Source of the DNA: Tubulanus polymorphus
Taxonomy: Eukaryota; Animalia; Nemertea
Length of the DNA: 64,000 bases
Direction: 5' to 3'
NCBI RefSeq assembly: GCF_964204645.1
Contig: NC_134027.1
Location: forward strand, 1,396,485-1,460,484
The notes beneath the pieces are model-generated. The model did no database searches. It saw nothing but the letters and a program-made list of their open reading frames with translations, and was not told the origin of the DNA. Positions 25,201-39,328 of the stretch are shown in pieces. The first letter of the stretch is position 1. Each line of letters starts with the position of its first letter. The translations under genes were made by a program, and so were the position numbers.

Positions 25201-28200
25201 TGTCAGTGATACATTCTATATTTAAACTGCCATAGAAAAAAATGTCAAGGTTAATTTCAGGCGTTCAAGAATAATAGGTTTTGCTCTTCATGGCAATAAT
25301 TCATTAGATTGCTGTGCCAAATTGCACAGCTGTAAAGGCAACATATGACTAATTTGGTTCGTTACGAGATGTAAACTCACTTTTAGTTCCAACGTTTATC
25401 TTTTAACTTATGTTCATTTCGTAAAGAAAACTAAATGTTTCTATTCATCTGTGTTTTATCTGGGAAATTTCACCGTCAAAATGTTACATAACAATCGAAG
25501 GAAACCGAATTCCGAGGGTTTCAATGTTTGTCTCGTTATTTTCAGGTATGGATCGATGCGGCTGTTCAGATATTCTATTCAGTCGGTGCCGGGTTCGGGG
25601 TTCACATCGCCTACAGCAGTTATAATAACTTCAATAATAATTGTTACAGGTAAACTATACCATCAGAAGTGTGGTGGCCGAACGGTTAGAGTCACCGACT
25701 TGAACCTGGGTCGTTCTACGGGTTCGATTCCCGTTAATGACATTGGTTATATTGTTCGTTGCCTGTACTTTGTATGAGAATATGTTGTTCTTTACTTACT
25801 TTTTCAACTTTTTCGCTCGGCTCAGCATCCGTATGACCAGATTCTTTATATGAGTATAACCGTCTTTAAGCGGTCATCCTTTTTCCTTCATCGACTTTCA
25901 CTCCCTGAGCCATAAACACTAGGACCTATAGGTGCATAGTCATTATCTTGGGTCTTACCAAAAATCCATAATGAAAGACTACTAGTATTTTATGAATGTT
26001 TGCTGTAACCTGGACGTAAATCTGATTATATTGCAATGTTTTTCAGGGACTGTTTATGCGCGTGTGTAGTGAACAGTTTCACCAGTATATTCTCAGGATT
26101 CGTGATATTCTCCTATTTGGGATTCATGGCTCAGTCGAAAGGAGTGAGCATTGATAATGTCGTAGCTGATGGTAAGAACAGAGAATCTTCTAATTCCCCT
26201 AAATTTGAACATAAATCATTAAAAACGTGCTAATTAAATATCATTTTTTAATTTCCAAGCTTCATTTGTGTGTTTACCTGTATACATGGTGTGAGTGTCG
26301 AATGCTTCTGGTTAAAACGGCTTGGATCACCGACCCATGGTCTCACCTTAAAGCCCGAACATCTTCTTGTTACATTTTCCTACATTATATCATTCATTCC
26401 TATTTGATAACCTCCAATAATGCATCTTTTTCATGAAAATAAATTTCAATTTCGACACTGAATAAACTCCCCTAACCATCGTCGTCTTGATGTTCGATAT
26501 TTTCTAGGTCCAGGTCTGGTGTTCATCGTTTATCCGGAAGCTATTGCCACATTGCCCGGCTCACAGGTTTGGTCGGTCATATTCTTCATCATGTTACTGA
26601 CCCTAGGACTGGATAGCTCTGTAAGTGTTTATAAGCAGAAAGGTTTTTGTTTAGATGTTGCCACGTTCGTCAGGACCTCGCAGATGAAGCCCCGCCTGGA
26701 CCAGTTCCACAGTTGTGGATTTGCCCAATATTTTCATGGCCAGAAGCCAGTTGCGCAGTCATTATCTAGATTTAAGACCAGTCTAGGATCATTTTGGTTC
26801 TATAGCCAATCTAGCTGACAATATTTGAGCAGTCTTGAGATTCAAGACACGTTTGGACTAAATTGACGACTGCACAACTGATTCATACCCTGAAGTCGAA
26901 ATTCAGCGAACATAGAGTATTATTTTTTAAAGTCGTCATAAAATGGAATGATAATATGAAATTCTATTTGTAGTTCGGCGGTTTGGAAGCTATCTTAACG
27001 GCAATTCGAGATGAATTTAAACCACAATTCGCCAAATTGAAATACAGTCGAGAACTCGCGACTTTCGTGTTGTGCGTTATATCGTTTATGTTCTCTTTAA
27101 TTAACGTCACTTACGTAAGTTTTCACGGTTTTAAGTTACGGCTGGTGCCAAATGGGTCCGTGCCAGTTTGACGCTCGCCGTATCGGTCCGGCCAAAAACG
27201 TTGGACTACAAGGCCTGTATGTTAAATTGAATGGATTTTGTTTTTAGGGTGGAGTATATGTAGTAACTCTAATGGATACTTACGCAGCCGGCACGTCAAT
27301 CTTATTCGTCTCATTAACTCAATGTATCGCGGTTTCCTGGGTTTACGGTACGTAACGCTAAACAAAAATGATGATACCTTGTTTCTCCGCAGCGGCCGGG
27401 TCTTTTTTGTAAAATATGATAAAATTTATAAACAGTTCATTTCTATAGCGGCCGGGTCTGTTATGGTAAAATTGATCACGATTTTAAAAAAAGTAATGTA
27501 TAGGGTAGATAGGCGGCCGGCCGGGTCAATATCTAAGCTCAGCAGAGCGGAGAAACAACGTATCAATTTTGTTTAGCCTAAAAATGTCTTATCAGTGTTA
27601 GTGTTATCTCTAGATCAGCCCGATTTACGATATATATTTGTTAGAAATATAATTCTATTGTGAGACTTCTTAAAAGACCCCGACATAAGGGTCCTATTAA
27701 CTTGTAAGCGAATTCGGTGCCAAAATGAAAAACAATTCTTAAGATGATTTTCATTCGTATCCTAGGTTTACACAATTTCTGCAACGACGCTAAAACGATG
27801 TTAGGATTTGTTCCGGGAATATATTGGAGGGTTTGTTGGAAGATCATTAGTCCTGTATTCATATTGGTAAGTGTTCGAAAATTCCGTAAGGGGGCGTTAT
27901 CCGGTAATCTAAAAGGCTTTATAGACGGTCGCGGTCTGCAGCGGAACACAGTTCCCAGATATCGATTAAATTTGACACGAAGAGTGAAAATATCGGAAAT
28001 AAACTGATTTTAAAAACGAAATCTTTAGAGTCAAAACTAAACCGACAACTGTTGAAACCGATTGTTAAATTCTGATCATTTTCGGATATTATTTTGTTTT
28101 GTAGGTAATAGTAATCTACAGTTTCTCGTCGCATACACCGCTAGTGTACGCGAAGGGAACCGGTAAATATTTATATCCTTCCTGGGCGAATGGTGTCGGA

Positions 28201-29279
28201 TGGTTTATAACACTATCCAGTATCATTCTACTTCCGTCGTTCGCTGTTTTCATCGCAGTTAAAATGAAAGCTACAAATGGGAAACAGGTAATCTGAATAT
28301 GGACGCATGTTTGCATCCTCCCCCGGCAGGGATTCGAACCTGATGGCATCGAGATTGCCACGGCATGAAACCCTGCCATAATCGACCGTGTGCGCAGATA
28401 CATGCGCAGTTCAGATGACGTTTTATTTTAGCCCGGGTTTTCCCATTTATAGTTCTTCCTTGAAATTTGCCTCAACGATTATACAACGAGCAATCTGATT
28501 GGTGCCGCCAGTTTTCGTTCGGAAAGCTGCGCATGTACCTGCGCACCCGGTCTACTGATGCAGGGGTTCGTGCCGTGGCTGAGTGTAGCGATGCCATCAG
28601 GTTCGAGTCCCGGCAGAGGGAGGATGGGTGTTTGGGAATCTGTGGGTCTTAAACATTTGTTTAGGGTAAATCGATTTGACAAGAGCAAGCGTTTTGGCAG
28701 TATACTGAAATACTCCTTTCATGAATTTTCGACAAAATTCTGCCTTTGTTTTAGAGAATTTGGCTCTTATATATCTTAGATATTTCTACGACAATATTTT
28801 GCCATCTTAGGTATAGAGTACCTTCAAATGAATGGGCCATTATTCGGATCTCATAACACCTCCTGGATCCTGCTATATACGATGTTAAAACGTTCGGTCT
28901 TGTCGATTCCTCGCTGAAGACGTCCTTGTTTTCTCCACTTATTCGCCACCTAATGATATGCAAATGCGTTGAAAATATGTAAATGTTATGTTTCAGCGTT
29001 TGGCATTGTGTATCAGTCCGACCTCAGATCACGATAGTATTCGACAGGGAAAACCAATTAAGAGATTCAATGTAAGTTTTACACGTAAAGGTCCTTGTAA
29101 TTACGGGGATCCAGCAATTTCCCTACAAACAGTCCGTTCCATTCAAGGCTTTATTCGAACCAGGATCCAGTTTTCAGGACAGTGACAGTAACAAACCACG
29201 TTTTAATCAGAGTTGTTTATGAAATCTAAATGTACATTTTCATTTTGTTTTACAGTATCGTCATTGGATAACAATTTGA
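19204..29279 (+). CDS. SLC6 Na+/Cl- dependent monoamine transporter, octopamine-transporter (OAT)-type, 14 coding exons
   Basis: Exons 19204-19471, 23029-23160, 23591-23882, 24209-24347, 24483-24617, 25546-25649, 26047-26171, 26508-26620, 26974-27114, 27248-27347, 27766-27866, 28105-28287, 28997-29071 and 29256-29279, all GT-AG and phase-compatible. Motifs [22 protein letters not shown] (TM1 Asp of amine transporters), [48 protein letters not shown], and C-terminus RHWITI*. Confidence 0.95.
25669..25741 (+). pseudogene. tRNA-like relic (Ser-TGA-like pseudogene or tRNA-derived SINE head) in transporter intron 6
   Basis: A box TGGCCGAACGG, CT-TGA-A loop, T arm ACGGG-TTCGATT-CCCGT. The acceptor and anticodon stems pair poorly. 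Confidence 0.55.
27356..27578. mobile_element. MITE, PIF/Harbinger-like, inverted relative to the 11685 copy
   Basis: Same TIRs, TAA on both flanks (27353-27355, 27579-27581), inserted at about +9 of transporter intron 10. Confidence 0.85.
28315..28626. mobile_element. Element with ~95-bp imperfect inverted arms containing GATGCCATCAGGTTCGAxTCCC
   Basis: CATCCTCCCCCGGCAGGGATTCGAACCTGATGGCATCG...TGCGCAGATACATGCGCAG is mirrored by CTGCGCATGTACCTGCGCA...CGATGCCATCAGGTTCGAGTCCCGGCAGAGGGAGGATG. Confidence 0.7.
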
Positions 29280-29827
29280 AACGTCAGTAGTGATGGCGCG
29301 GATCACGTAAAAGCGATATGTAACTTCTAGATCCAGTTCCACGTTTGTTGGTTAAGATCTGACTCATGAGCAATGGAACGTCACAGTTGAACCGAGTCCT
29401 CAATACAGGTCAACTGTTGACTCAACATTTGAAAATAAGCTCACACTAGGCTTCTCACTTAATCGGCATTACTGTGGAACGGGTTTCTGGAAATGGACTA
29501 ATTCTTACTGGAAAGTCGAATTCAACCCGCAGCTGTCGTCGTCGAACCGGGTCCGCAAATTATATCTCCCTTTGAATTTATACTATGTATATACTTCAAT
29601 ATTCATATTTGTATATTTGAAATGATTATTGAGTTTTGTATATTGAAAATAAAATACATATCCAAAAGAATCAAAGTCGTTCGAAACAAGATATTTATTC
29701 TGCTCAACTATTTAGGTATGTTAGGAATAGCTAAAAGAACAAGGCGGACCAATGCACAGTTCCATCGCCGGGTTCGAACCTAGGACACCCGTATCTTTCT
29801 CTTCGTATTGTATTGAAAATTCTACCG

Positions 29828-30351
29828 AATTCTATACAAAAGATCTATTGTGAATTTAGTTCACTGAAAATCCAATAGAGGGAGTAAATCCTAGAAATAC
29901 CCTTTAGACCCTCCAGAAAATTACAAAAACCTCCCGAAATGAAACAAGACCTTTATCAAAACACACCTACGTATTCAAAACATATTCAAATTAGTCGTAA
30001 ATAAATAAATTAGGCAACGTAATTATTTGTCTAACGTTTTTGAACTTATTTAGAAACGACTGGAATTGAATTTGAATCATGTATTTATCGCACTGTCTGA
30101 ATAGACATGAAAATTCCAGTCGTTTCTAAATAAGTTCAAAAACGTTAGACAAATAATTACGTTACCTAATTAACTAATTTAGGAGTAATTTGAAATGGTT
30201 TTGAATACATAGATGTATTTTGAACACTGCTAACTATTATTTCGGGAGGTTTTTGTAATTCCCTAGGGGGTCTAAAGGGTATTTCGATGTTTTACTCCTT
30301 CTGGCGGATTTTCAGTGAACTAAAATCACAATTGATCCATTGTGTTGAATT
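29828..30351. repeat. Long fold-back inverted repeat (~240-bp arms, ~45-bp spacer)
   Basis: Inner arms AACGTAATTATTTGTCTAACGTTTTTGAACTTATTTAGAAACGACTGGAATT and its reverse complement match exactly. Outer arms (TTTAGTTCACTGAAAATCC, GAAATACCCTTTAGACCC, AATTACAAAAACCTCCCGAAAT) are mirrored with mismatches. Confidence 0.9.
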
Positions 30352-30718
30352 GCGAGTATAAACTTGTAATAATGATATCAGAAACCAGGCTTGGATTTAG
30401 GACCAGTCTAAGCTCATTTTAGTTCCATAACCAATCTAACAACTTAAGACCAGTTTAAGCTCAGTTTGGTTCCATAGCCAATCTAACAATCAATTTAAGA
30501 CTACAATAAGGTATATAATTTGGGTTCTATTACCAATTTAAGTGAATAAATTAAGACCAGTCTAAAGTAAGGCCATATTCTCATCGAATCTACGTCACAA
30601 TAAATGTGCCACTTGATCCATAATTTCAAGCAGCAATCTAATGAATTATTTTACTAGGATTAGTTTTACAAAATTAAAGTACATCATAGACTTAAGTATC
30701 GATTCTGGAATTTTATTT

Positions 30719-32478
<1,760 letters not shown>

Positions 32479-32894
32479 CTTTCAAAATGAGATTCCTGTT
32501 CATAAACGTCTGTACTCGTTGCCTCTGAAGGCTGAAGTTAATTTGAAACAATCATCAACTGCTGTTTGAAATTCTTAGACTAATACCGACTTATCCACCG
32601 AGCTATTGTGCCATTCCTTAATCTAATCGGTTCTTATGGCTAATAAGTTATATACTTTATAGAAAATGCTATAATTTCACACATTTTCTTCACAAGAATA
32701 AGCGCCTTTAAGCCATTTTCTTGGTAGCTATTTAAGCATGTTAAATTAAGCTGATCACCAGGAAGTGTTTTAGTGCTTTTAAGTTCTATTTTAAGCATGC
32801 ATGAGTTCCTACATTTTTTTCATAAATTTACATTGAACTTTGTTCAAGTCTCATTTCAACGACGGGAACGCTCATTCCTCTTGAGCTGAGGGTC

Positions 32895-33072
32895 CAGTCA
32901 GTTTCCTTAAAGCTGTGAGGGGAAGGGGTAGAGTCAGTCTGCTTACAGCTGTGAGGGGGTCGAGTCAGTCTGCTTACAGCTGTGAGGGGATCAAGTCAGT
33001 CTGCTTACAGCTGTGAGGGGATCAAGTCAGTGTCTCCATACAACTGTGAGGGGGTCAGTCTCGCTGTGAGGG
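32895..33072. repeat. ~31-bp minisatellite (GAGTCAGTCTGCTTACAGCTGTGAGGGG), about 5 copies
   Basis: Tandem imperfect repeats. Confidence 0.85.
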
Positions 33073-33951
33073 AAGTGGGGCTGCTGGTGAGGAGAGGTGT
33101 GTTGCTGCTGAGGATAGAGGAAGCATGAAGATAGTTCTCACTGAAATTAATAACTCAAACCGACTAGAAGACGTGAGATAAAGATTCCTTTCCCATTAAC
33201 ATTTATTCACAATTTCCATTTTACAAAATAATTTTCTGTATATAATTTCAGTATAAAGAATATATGTAAATAGAGTACCACATTATATATATACAGGTGT
33301 ATAACATATCATCATTTTAATTCATTAATAATTAATCTTCTAATTAACATCTTGATGTAACATTATATAAAATCATCAGTTGGAAATGTATGTAGCACCT
33401 TTCTTTTGTGAGTCTGAAATTATCATTCATTCCTGCCTCAATCTTCTATTATCTCTAATATTATGACACGAGGCAATTCTCCTTCGCCATTAACCAGTTA
33501 CACAGTGAAGGCTTACCGTGGTTTCAAGACAATTTGGAAATTCCTTTTAGTTTACAACTTAAGACCAGTCCAAGTTCATTTTGGTTCTATAGACAATGTA
33601 ACAACTTAAGACCGGTTTAAACTCATTTTGGTTCAACGTATAACCAATCTAATCTTCAGACCAGACTTAGCAAATTTCAGTTGAAGATAAGTAGTACCGG
33701 TATTTCAGACGATGACTGTTGTATTGTAACTGGTTGCTGGTTATGAGCTTGTAAATCTTTATATAGAATTGTTGCATGCATATTTGTAGAAAAATAGCAG
33801 ATAAAGCAAGTGATATTAACAGCATTCAGTAAATAGAGCGTTAACTATAATAGAAAATACAATACAAATACACAAATATCACTGTTTACACACCAGCGAC
33901 ATATTACAGTATAAATTTTCTATAACATTGCGACCTTATTTCTCTTGATTT

Positions 33952-34280
33952 TAGGGAACTCGGTAGCGTTGCGACTGCCATAAACATTTCACCGAGTTGA
34001 GAATCAGGGAACTCGGTAGCGTTGGGACTGTTGTAAATATTTCATCGAGTTGAGAATCAGGGAACTCGGTAGCGTTGAGACTGCCGTGAATATTTCACCG
34101 AGTTGAGAATCAGGGAACTCGGTAGCGTTGAGACTGCCGTGAATATTTCACCGAGTTGAGAATCAGGGAACTCGGTAGCGTTGGGACTGTTGTAAATATT
34201 TCACCGAGTTGAGAATCAGGAAACTCGGTAGCGTAGGGACTGCCATAAATATTCCGCCGAGTTGAGAATCAAGGAACTCT
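33952..34280. repeat. 53-bp minisatellite, about 6 copies, each with an internal inverted repeat
   Basis: Unit CAGGGAACTCGGTAGCGTTG.GACTG....AATATTTCACCGAGTTGAGAAT (starts at 34005, 34058). AACTCGGT and ACCGAGTT are complementary. Confidence 0.92.
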
Positions 34281-35010
34281 TAATTCATCCTGACTTGAGC
34301 TTAGTATTTCAGGTTGATCAACGATCAGTAAGATAGAGTCTTCTTAATTTGCATAACAATAGAATATAGAATAGAATTTTTCACATGCAAAACACTAAAA
34401 TAGTTTATAAATTCTAACACAAAATGAAGTGATTTCAATTGGGTTTTGAACGTTTTCTAATTAATATCATTATCGAGAAAGTTTTAACTAAAACAAAACT
34501 TTGCTTCTGAATATCTGACGTTAAAAAAAACTTCTCTTTGAGTCATAAAAAGATTCTCACTCTGATTATTTTAAACGAAATAATGAAAAAATAATCTTCA
34601 AAATGGCCGCCTACGATCTCCGATATACCACAACCTAAAAGGGCTGCGAAATCTAGCTATTACTAATGATAAACGTGTGATATTTAAACAACCTGTCATG
34701 GTTCCTAATTCATAGCTAAATAACACTTGTAATTGCTGATCTAACGGAATGTATCTAATTCACATTTTCACAGTTTTTTATTATTTGTAACCACAGTATT
34801 TTACAGCTAGATTTACGATAATATCTTAATAATATCTGATTCATAAAGTACGCACCCAAAATATCACTGCCCTCAAAATTAAGTATTATGTACAAATTTC
34901 AACCTGTCACCCCTTGTAAACAATTCCAAGGACTTTATACATCTGGGGAAATGGCCCATTGTCGACCTACCACCCTTTTTTAACCCCTCAATGGATGCGT
35001 ATATATTGAT

Positions 35011-35392
35011 GAGGCGCTTTTACGAAATTGAATCTGATTCGATTTTGCTAAATCCAATCGATGTCGGAATCTGAAAGGTTTAGTAAATTGAATCGTTTTT
35101 CGTAAATGATTCGAATCAATTTATCAATTTAAAGGTCGCGATTCGAAAGAAAATGGGCGTCAACGGTGACCGAATTATTGATAGATGATTGTCTGCGATA
35201 GATGTCTTTAGCCCGCGGTCAAAGAGGACGCCATGTTGGATTTCACTGACTAAATCACTGACTAAGTCGATTTAATAAATCAATTTACTAAACCGTGTCC
35301 ACAAACGAGTTGATTTACCAAATCCGATTCACTAAACCGTGTGCCGTGAAACTTAAATCGATTTACAAAGATTCAGTTTCGTTGAGGCGCCT
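35011..35392. mobile_element. MITE-like element with GAGGCGCTTT termini
   Basis: GAGGCGCTTTTACGAAATTGAATCT ... AGATTCAGTTTCGTTGAGGCGCCT. A second, inverted and internally deleted copy lies at 44243-44556. Confidence 0.8.
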
Positions 35393-35513
35393 ATGAATAC
35401 TCGCTAACCTCCCAGGGGGAGATATAATGGTGCGGCGTGCAATGAAATTAACTCTGTCGTTGATTACTAAATTTTTCGACGCCGATAAAAAACTATATTC
35501 TAGAAAGTTCGGT

Positions 35514-38500
35514 TTAAGATTTTTTCAGGGAATCTTTCGCGGCAACGATCAGCGATTTGAGGAAACCGAGAGGTTTGACGTTCTGAACGAACGGATGAGC
35601 GAGAAGCTCATCGGCAGATGCTCGTTTTTCGATGTCCACTTCGAAACATCGATCGAGGAAACTGCGTAACATTTCGCTGGATTTTTCCGGTGATTGTAGC
35701 TGCGGTTTGCCGTTATTACTGATCAGATATAACGCTCTGAGCGGAGTCTCGTGCATGTACGGTGGCTCCCCCTCGATCATCTCGATCACCATTATTCCCA
35801 AACTCCAGATATCGACTTTCTTGTCGTAATGTTGCCTGAAAAAAGAAAAGTTCAAGTAAGTTCAGATGAAAGTGGTTCATTTGCAGTTTGGGCCACCTTT
35901 CCCCTATGTGGTGTTGCTTTAGGACCATGGTTACGTTACTGCCCTCCCTCGTAGAAATGTCAGGAGCCCAATAATCAATACATGTTATATAGTTTCGATG
36001 GTAAATGATTTTGACACCTGGTGGATCATCATAAGTGGAATCCTCTAGCACACATTAGCGACACCTGGTGGATCCTCACTTGCCACGAGTAGTGGAACGT
36101 TCTATATCCACAGTAACCCATAAACTACTAGCTCACCTGAGGTCAGCAACTGTTGGATAAATACTGTAGCAACATTAGCAATACGTCAACTATCCCATGG
36201 TTAACTGGAACCAACCTTGCAGCTTCTGATGTGAATCTTTATTTACCACAGTAACACAGTAACAACCTGATAAATAATCTCTCCACATAAATAACTTACT
36301 TATTGACGACCTCTGGAGCCATCCAGTACGGCGTTCCGACCATCGTGTTACGTTTATTCCGCTCGGACGTAATCTGCGCGCAGAATCCGAAATCAGTAAC
36401 TTTCACTTGTCCGTCGGTTCCGAGGAGTACGTTATCACTTTTAATATCGCGATGAATGATGTTCTGACGATGCAAGAAATCGAGCGCCAGCAAACATTCG
36501 CGACAGATCGACGCCATCTGACGTTCGCTCATTACCGTCTCGGTGACGACGTCAGTGAGGGCGCCACCATCTAGGTATTCCATGACGACCCACAGCGAGC
36601 CGCCGACCATGTAACTATCGACGTAGTTAACAATGTTCGGATGTTTGTTGCGTCGCATGACTTCGATTTCGGTGATGATCAATTCTTTTTTCGGCTGATT
36701 TTCGAGGTCCATCATTTTGATGGCGACCGATTGATGCGTAGATTTTTCGTGCGCGAGACGAACGGTTCCCGACGCGCTGTCAAATATAATTAATGAAAAT
36801 AAATATAGCAGCAAGGCAGCGATAAAATCTGGATTGGATCATTATTTGATGTCATCACAAATTGTAACAACACGATGATTTGATAATACAGTTTTACAGG
36901 TTGAGTATAACTTACCCTGAACCGACGTTTTCGCCGATATCATACTTCTCACATGGATCCTCGTGAGTTACTAAATTATCTACAAGAAAAATTTTTCAAT
37001 TACTCATAGAACTGTAAAATAAACTTCAGGGACCGGTTGCTCAAAAGTTGGTTGGAGTTAACCAGTGGTTGGTTGATATGGTGACAATTGAAATTTCATT
37101 GTTACTATGGTATTTAATGGTACTTTTGAGCAACTGGCCCCAGGAAGTTGTAGAGTATTCAAATGTCGATATCAATCATCAATTACCCGGAGACAAGTGT
37201 CAAATTTCAAGTCACGACTTAGGTCCAAAAGTGGCTTCAAATCTTAAAACTCTTCTTGAGTTTGTTAGATTGGATATAGAACCAAGTTGCTCTTAGACTG
37301 ATCTAAAATATTAGCCATGATTCAGCAACCTGACTTCATGACCGAGGACCCAGTTCCACAGTCGTCAAATCTCATTTAAAAGTTAGAATAAGTTGATTTC
37401 ACTGCGCAACTGAACTGGGGTCGAGTTGATAGATCTCTAAGACTGGTAACTTACTTAATGCGGCCATTACTTCGTGATCGGACATGCGTTTTTTCTGCGA
37501 TGGTTTCTTTCGTTTTTCCGGTAGTGGTGATTCAGGTTTAACGTCTTTAATCGTCATATCAGCGACTTTATTAGAAACGTCGTTGTGGTTCTCTTCTTTC
37601 TGTGTTCATAGATATAAAAATAAACTTGATTTTGTTCGTCGCATGAGTGTTATTTCATCCTCTCAGACGAGTTGTGATCAGGGGGTACTTGTGAGACTTG
37701 CACAAATTGATCAAATTGAGTGCCCCATTTTCATTTTGTCGAGGATAGGAACCAAAAAAATAGTAACGTTTCTGTTAGGGAGTACGCTTAATATTGCGTC
37801 AAAGTGCCTTTTGTGAAAATATCAAAAATTGAATCACCATAGAAAAGCCAGGGATGTACAGTTTGATTAACTCCTCCTCAATGCAGAGTGCGGACCTAAC
37901 ATTGTCTTTATAATGGATATCATAGTGCCCCTTTTGGCAGGCCCGTAGGCAGGATTTAGAGAGTGGGGGTTATTTGATATAAAAGGGCGCTTTCTGGTTC
38001 CATCTTATGCATGGAAACTGACCTTTTCTGATTGGTGTGTGACAAACTAGCCTTTAGATCTACCCCTACTTTGTACATATAAATCTACCTTATTATCGGT
38101 GGTTTTTGTTTTCGTGTTTTCTGTTTCTAGATCCTCGGTAGTAGCAATCGGTGCCGATTTACGATCGTCGTCCGTCTGCGCTGCTGACGTCGTCAGCTGA
38201 AAATCAAACCATATCAAATCAACAACAAATTCTAAACGGACAGTAATAATCACACTTTACTCGTTACAACAAACAGATGTTTTATTCAGTTTCCACGTGG
38301 AACTCTTTTCCACGTGGAACTCTACTTACTGATGTGTCCTCATCGTCTTCATCGTCCAAAGAATGAATCGTGTCTTTCATCATAAATTTCGACGGAGGTC
38401 CAGCTTTTTTTCGTATCGATCGCTCGTAGTATTTCAGCGCGTTGATTACGGCGTCCGGGTTTTTAGATTGTTCATCTTTACTGTCAACGATGAGATGAAA

Positions 38501-39171
38501 AGAAAAATGTAATTTTTTTATTAACTACGAAATAGGTGCAAATTAACCCTTTCAGTGCAGTGTATGCGGAACACCTGTCAAACCAGTGAAATATTAGTAA
38601 CTAACGATACACTGCACTGCGGTGTACACTCATTATAGTAGTACGGTCATTATTCAATGCAATGGGATGAATTTTTCAAAAATTATCTCGAGCACTTTAG
38701 GGTATTGATTATTCAGCAGTAAAAGGGTTGATAGACTGGGCCTGGTTACACAATCTACGGGCTTGATTGCACAATCTTCTGGCCCTGTAACCGGGGCCTG
38801 GTTACACAGTCTACGGGTCCTGGTTACACAGTCTACGGGTCCTGTGAACGGGGCCTGGTTACACAGTCTATGGGTCCTGTGAACGGGGCCTGGTTACACA
38901 GTCTACGGGTCCTGTGACCGGGGCCTGATAACACAATCTTCGGGTCCTTTTTCATTTATAAACTTTACCTGATATTCGACACGTTCAACAATCGTAACCA
39001 TGGTTCCGGTAAACCTTTGAAATCTCCGGTATCTGAATCGAAGCCGACGTGTATATTGTGTTGAAACTCGTACGGTGCTGATATCTCGTGCGCCTCAACA
39101 GCTGATCCACCACTTCCACGATCAGAGTGCTTCGACTTCTTCTTCTTACCGAGTTTGAACAGTTTCGACAT
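35514..39171 (-). CDS. PAK: Serine/threonine kinase PAK (p21-activated, group I-like, short N-terminus as in insect Pak3)
   Basis: Exons 39171-38969 (CRIB: [23 protein letters not shown]), 38480-38330, 38196-38089, 37599-37455, 36979-36916, 36776-36300 and 35835-35514. Kinase motifs [42 protein letters not shown]. Confidence 0.96.
38547..38727. mobile_element. piggyBac-like MITE, internally deleted copy
   Basis: TTAA|CCCTTTCAGTGC ... GCAGTAAAAGGG|TTGA. The interior (AGTAACTAACGATACACTGCAC, AAATTATCTC) matches the 51714 copy. Confidence 0.75.
38738..38948. repeat. 35-bp minisatellite (GGGGCCTGGTTACACAGTCTACGGGTCCTGTGAAC), about 6 copies
   Basis: Tandem imperfect repeats in a PAK intron. Confidence 0.9.
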
Positions 39172-39328
39172 TTTTGATTCTCCGTCGGTTACGCCGCGTA
39201 AACCTGCAAGTTTAAGATCAAACAAGAGTTATTATTAGTTTTCGGGAAAAAACAGTTTGTAATTAGAAATTAATTAAGAAAATAGATAAGGTCGATTCCT
39301 CCTTACTCCAGCACACTGGGCCTATCAG

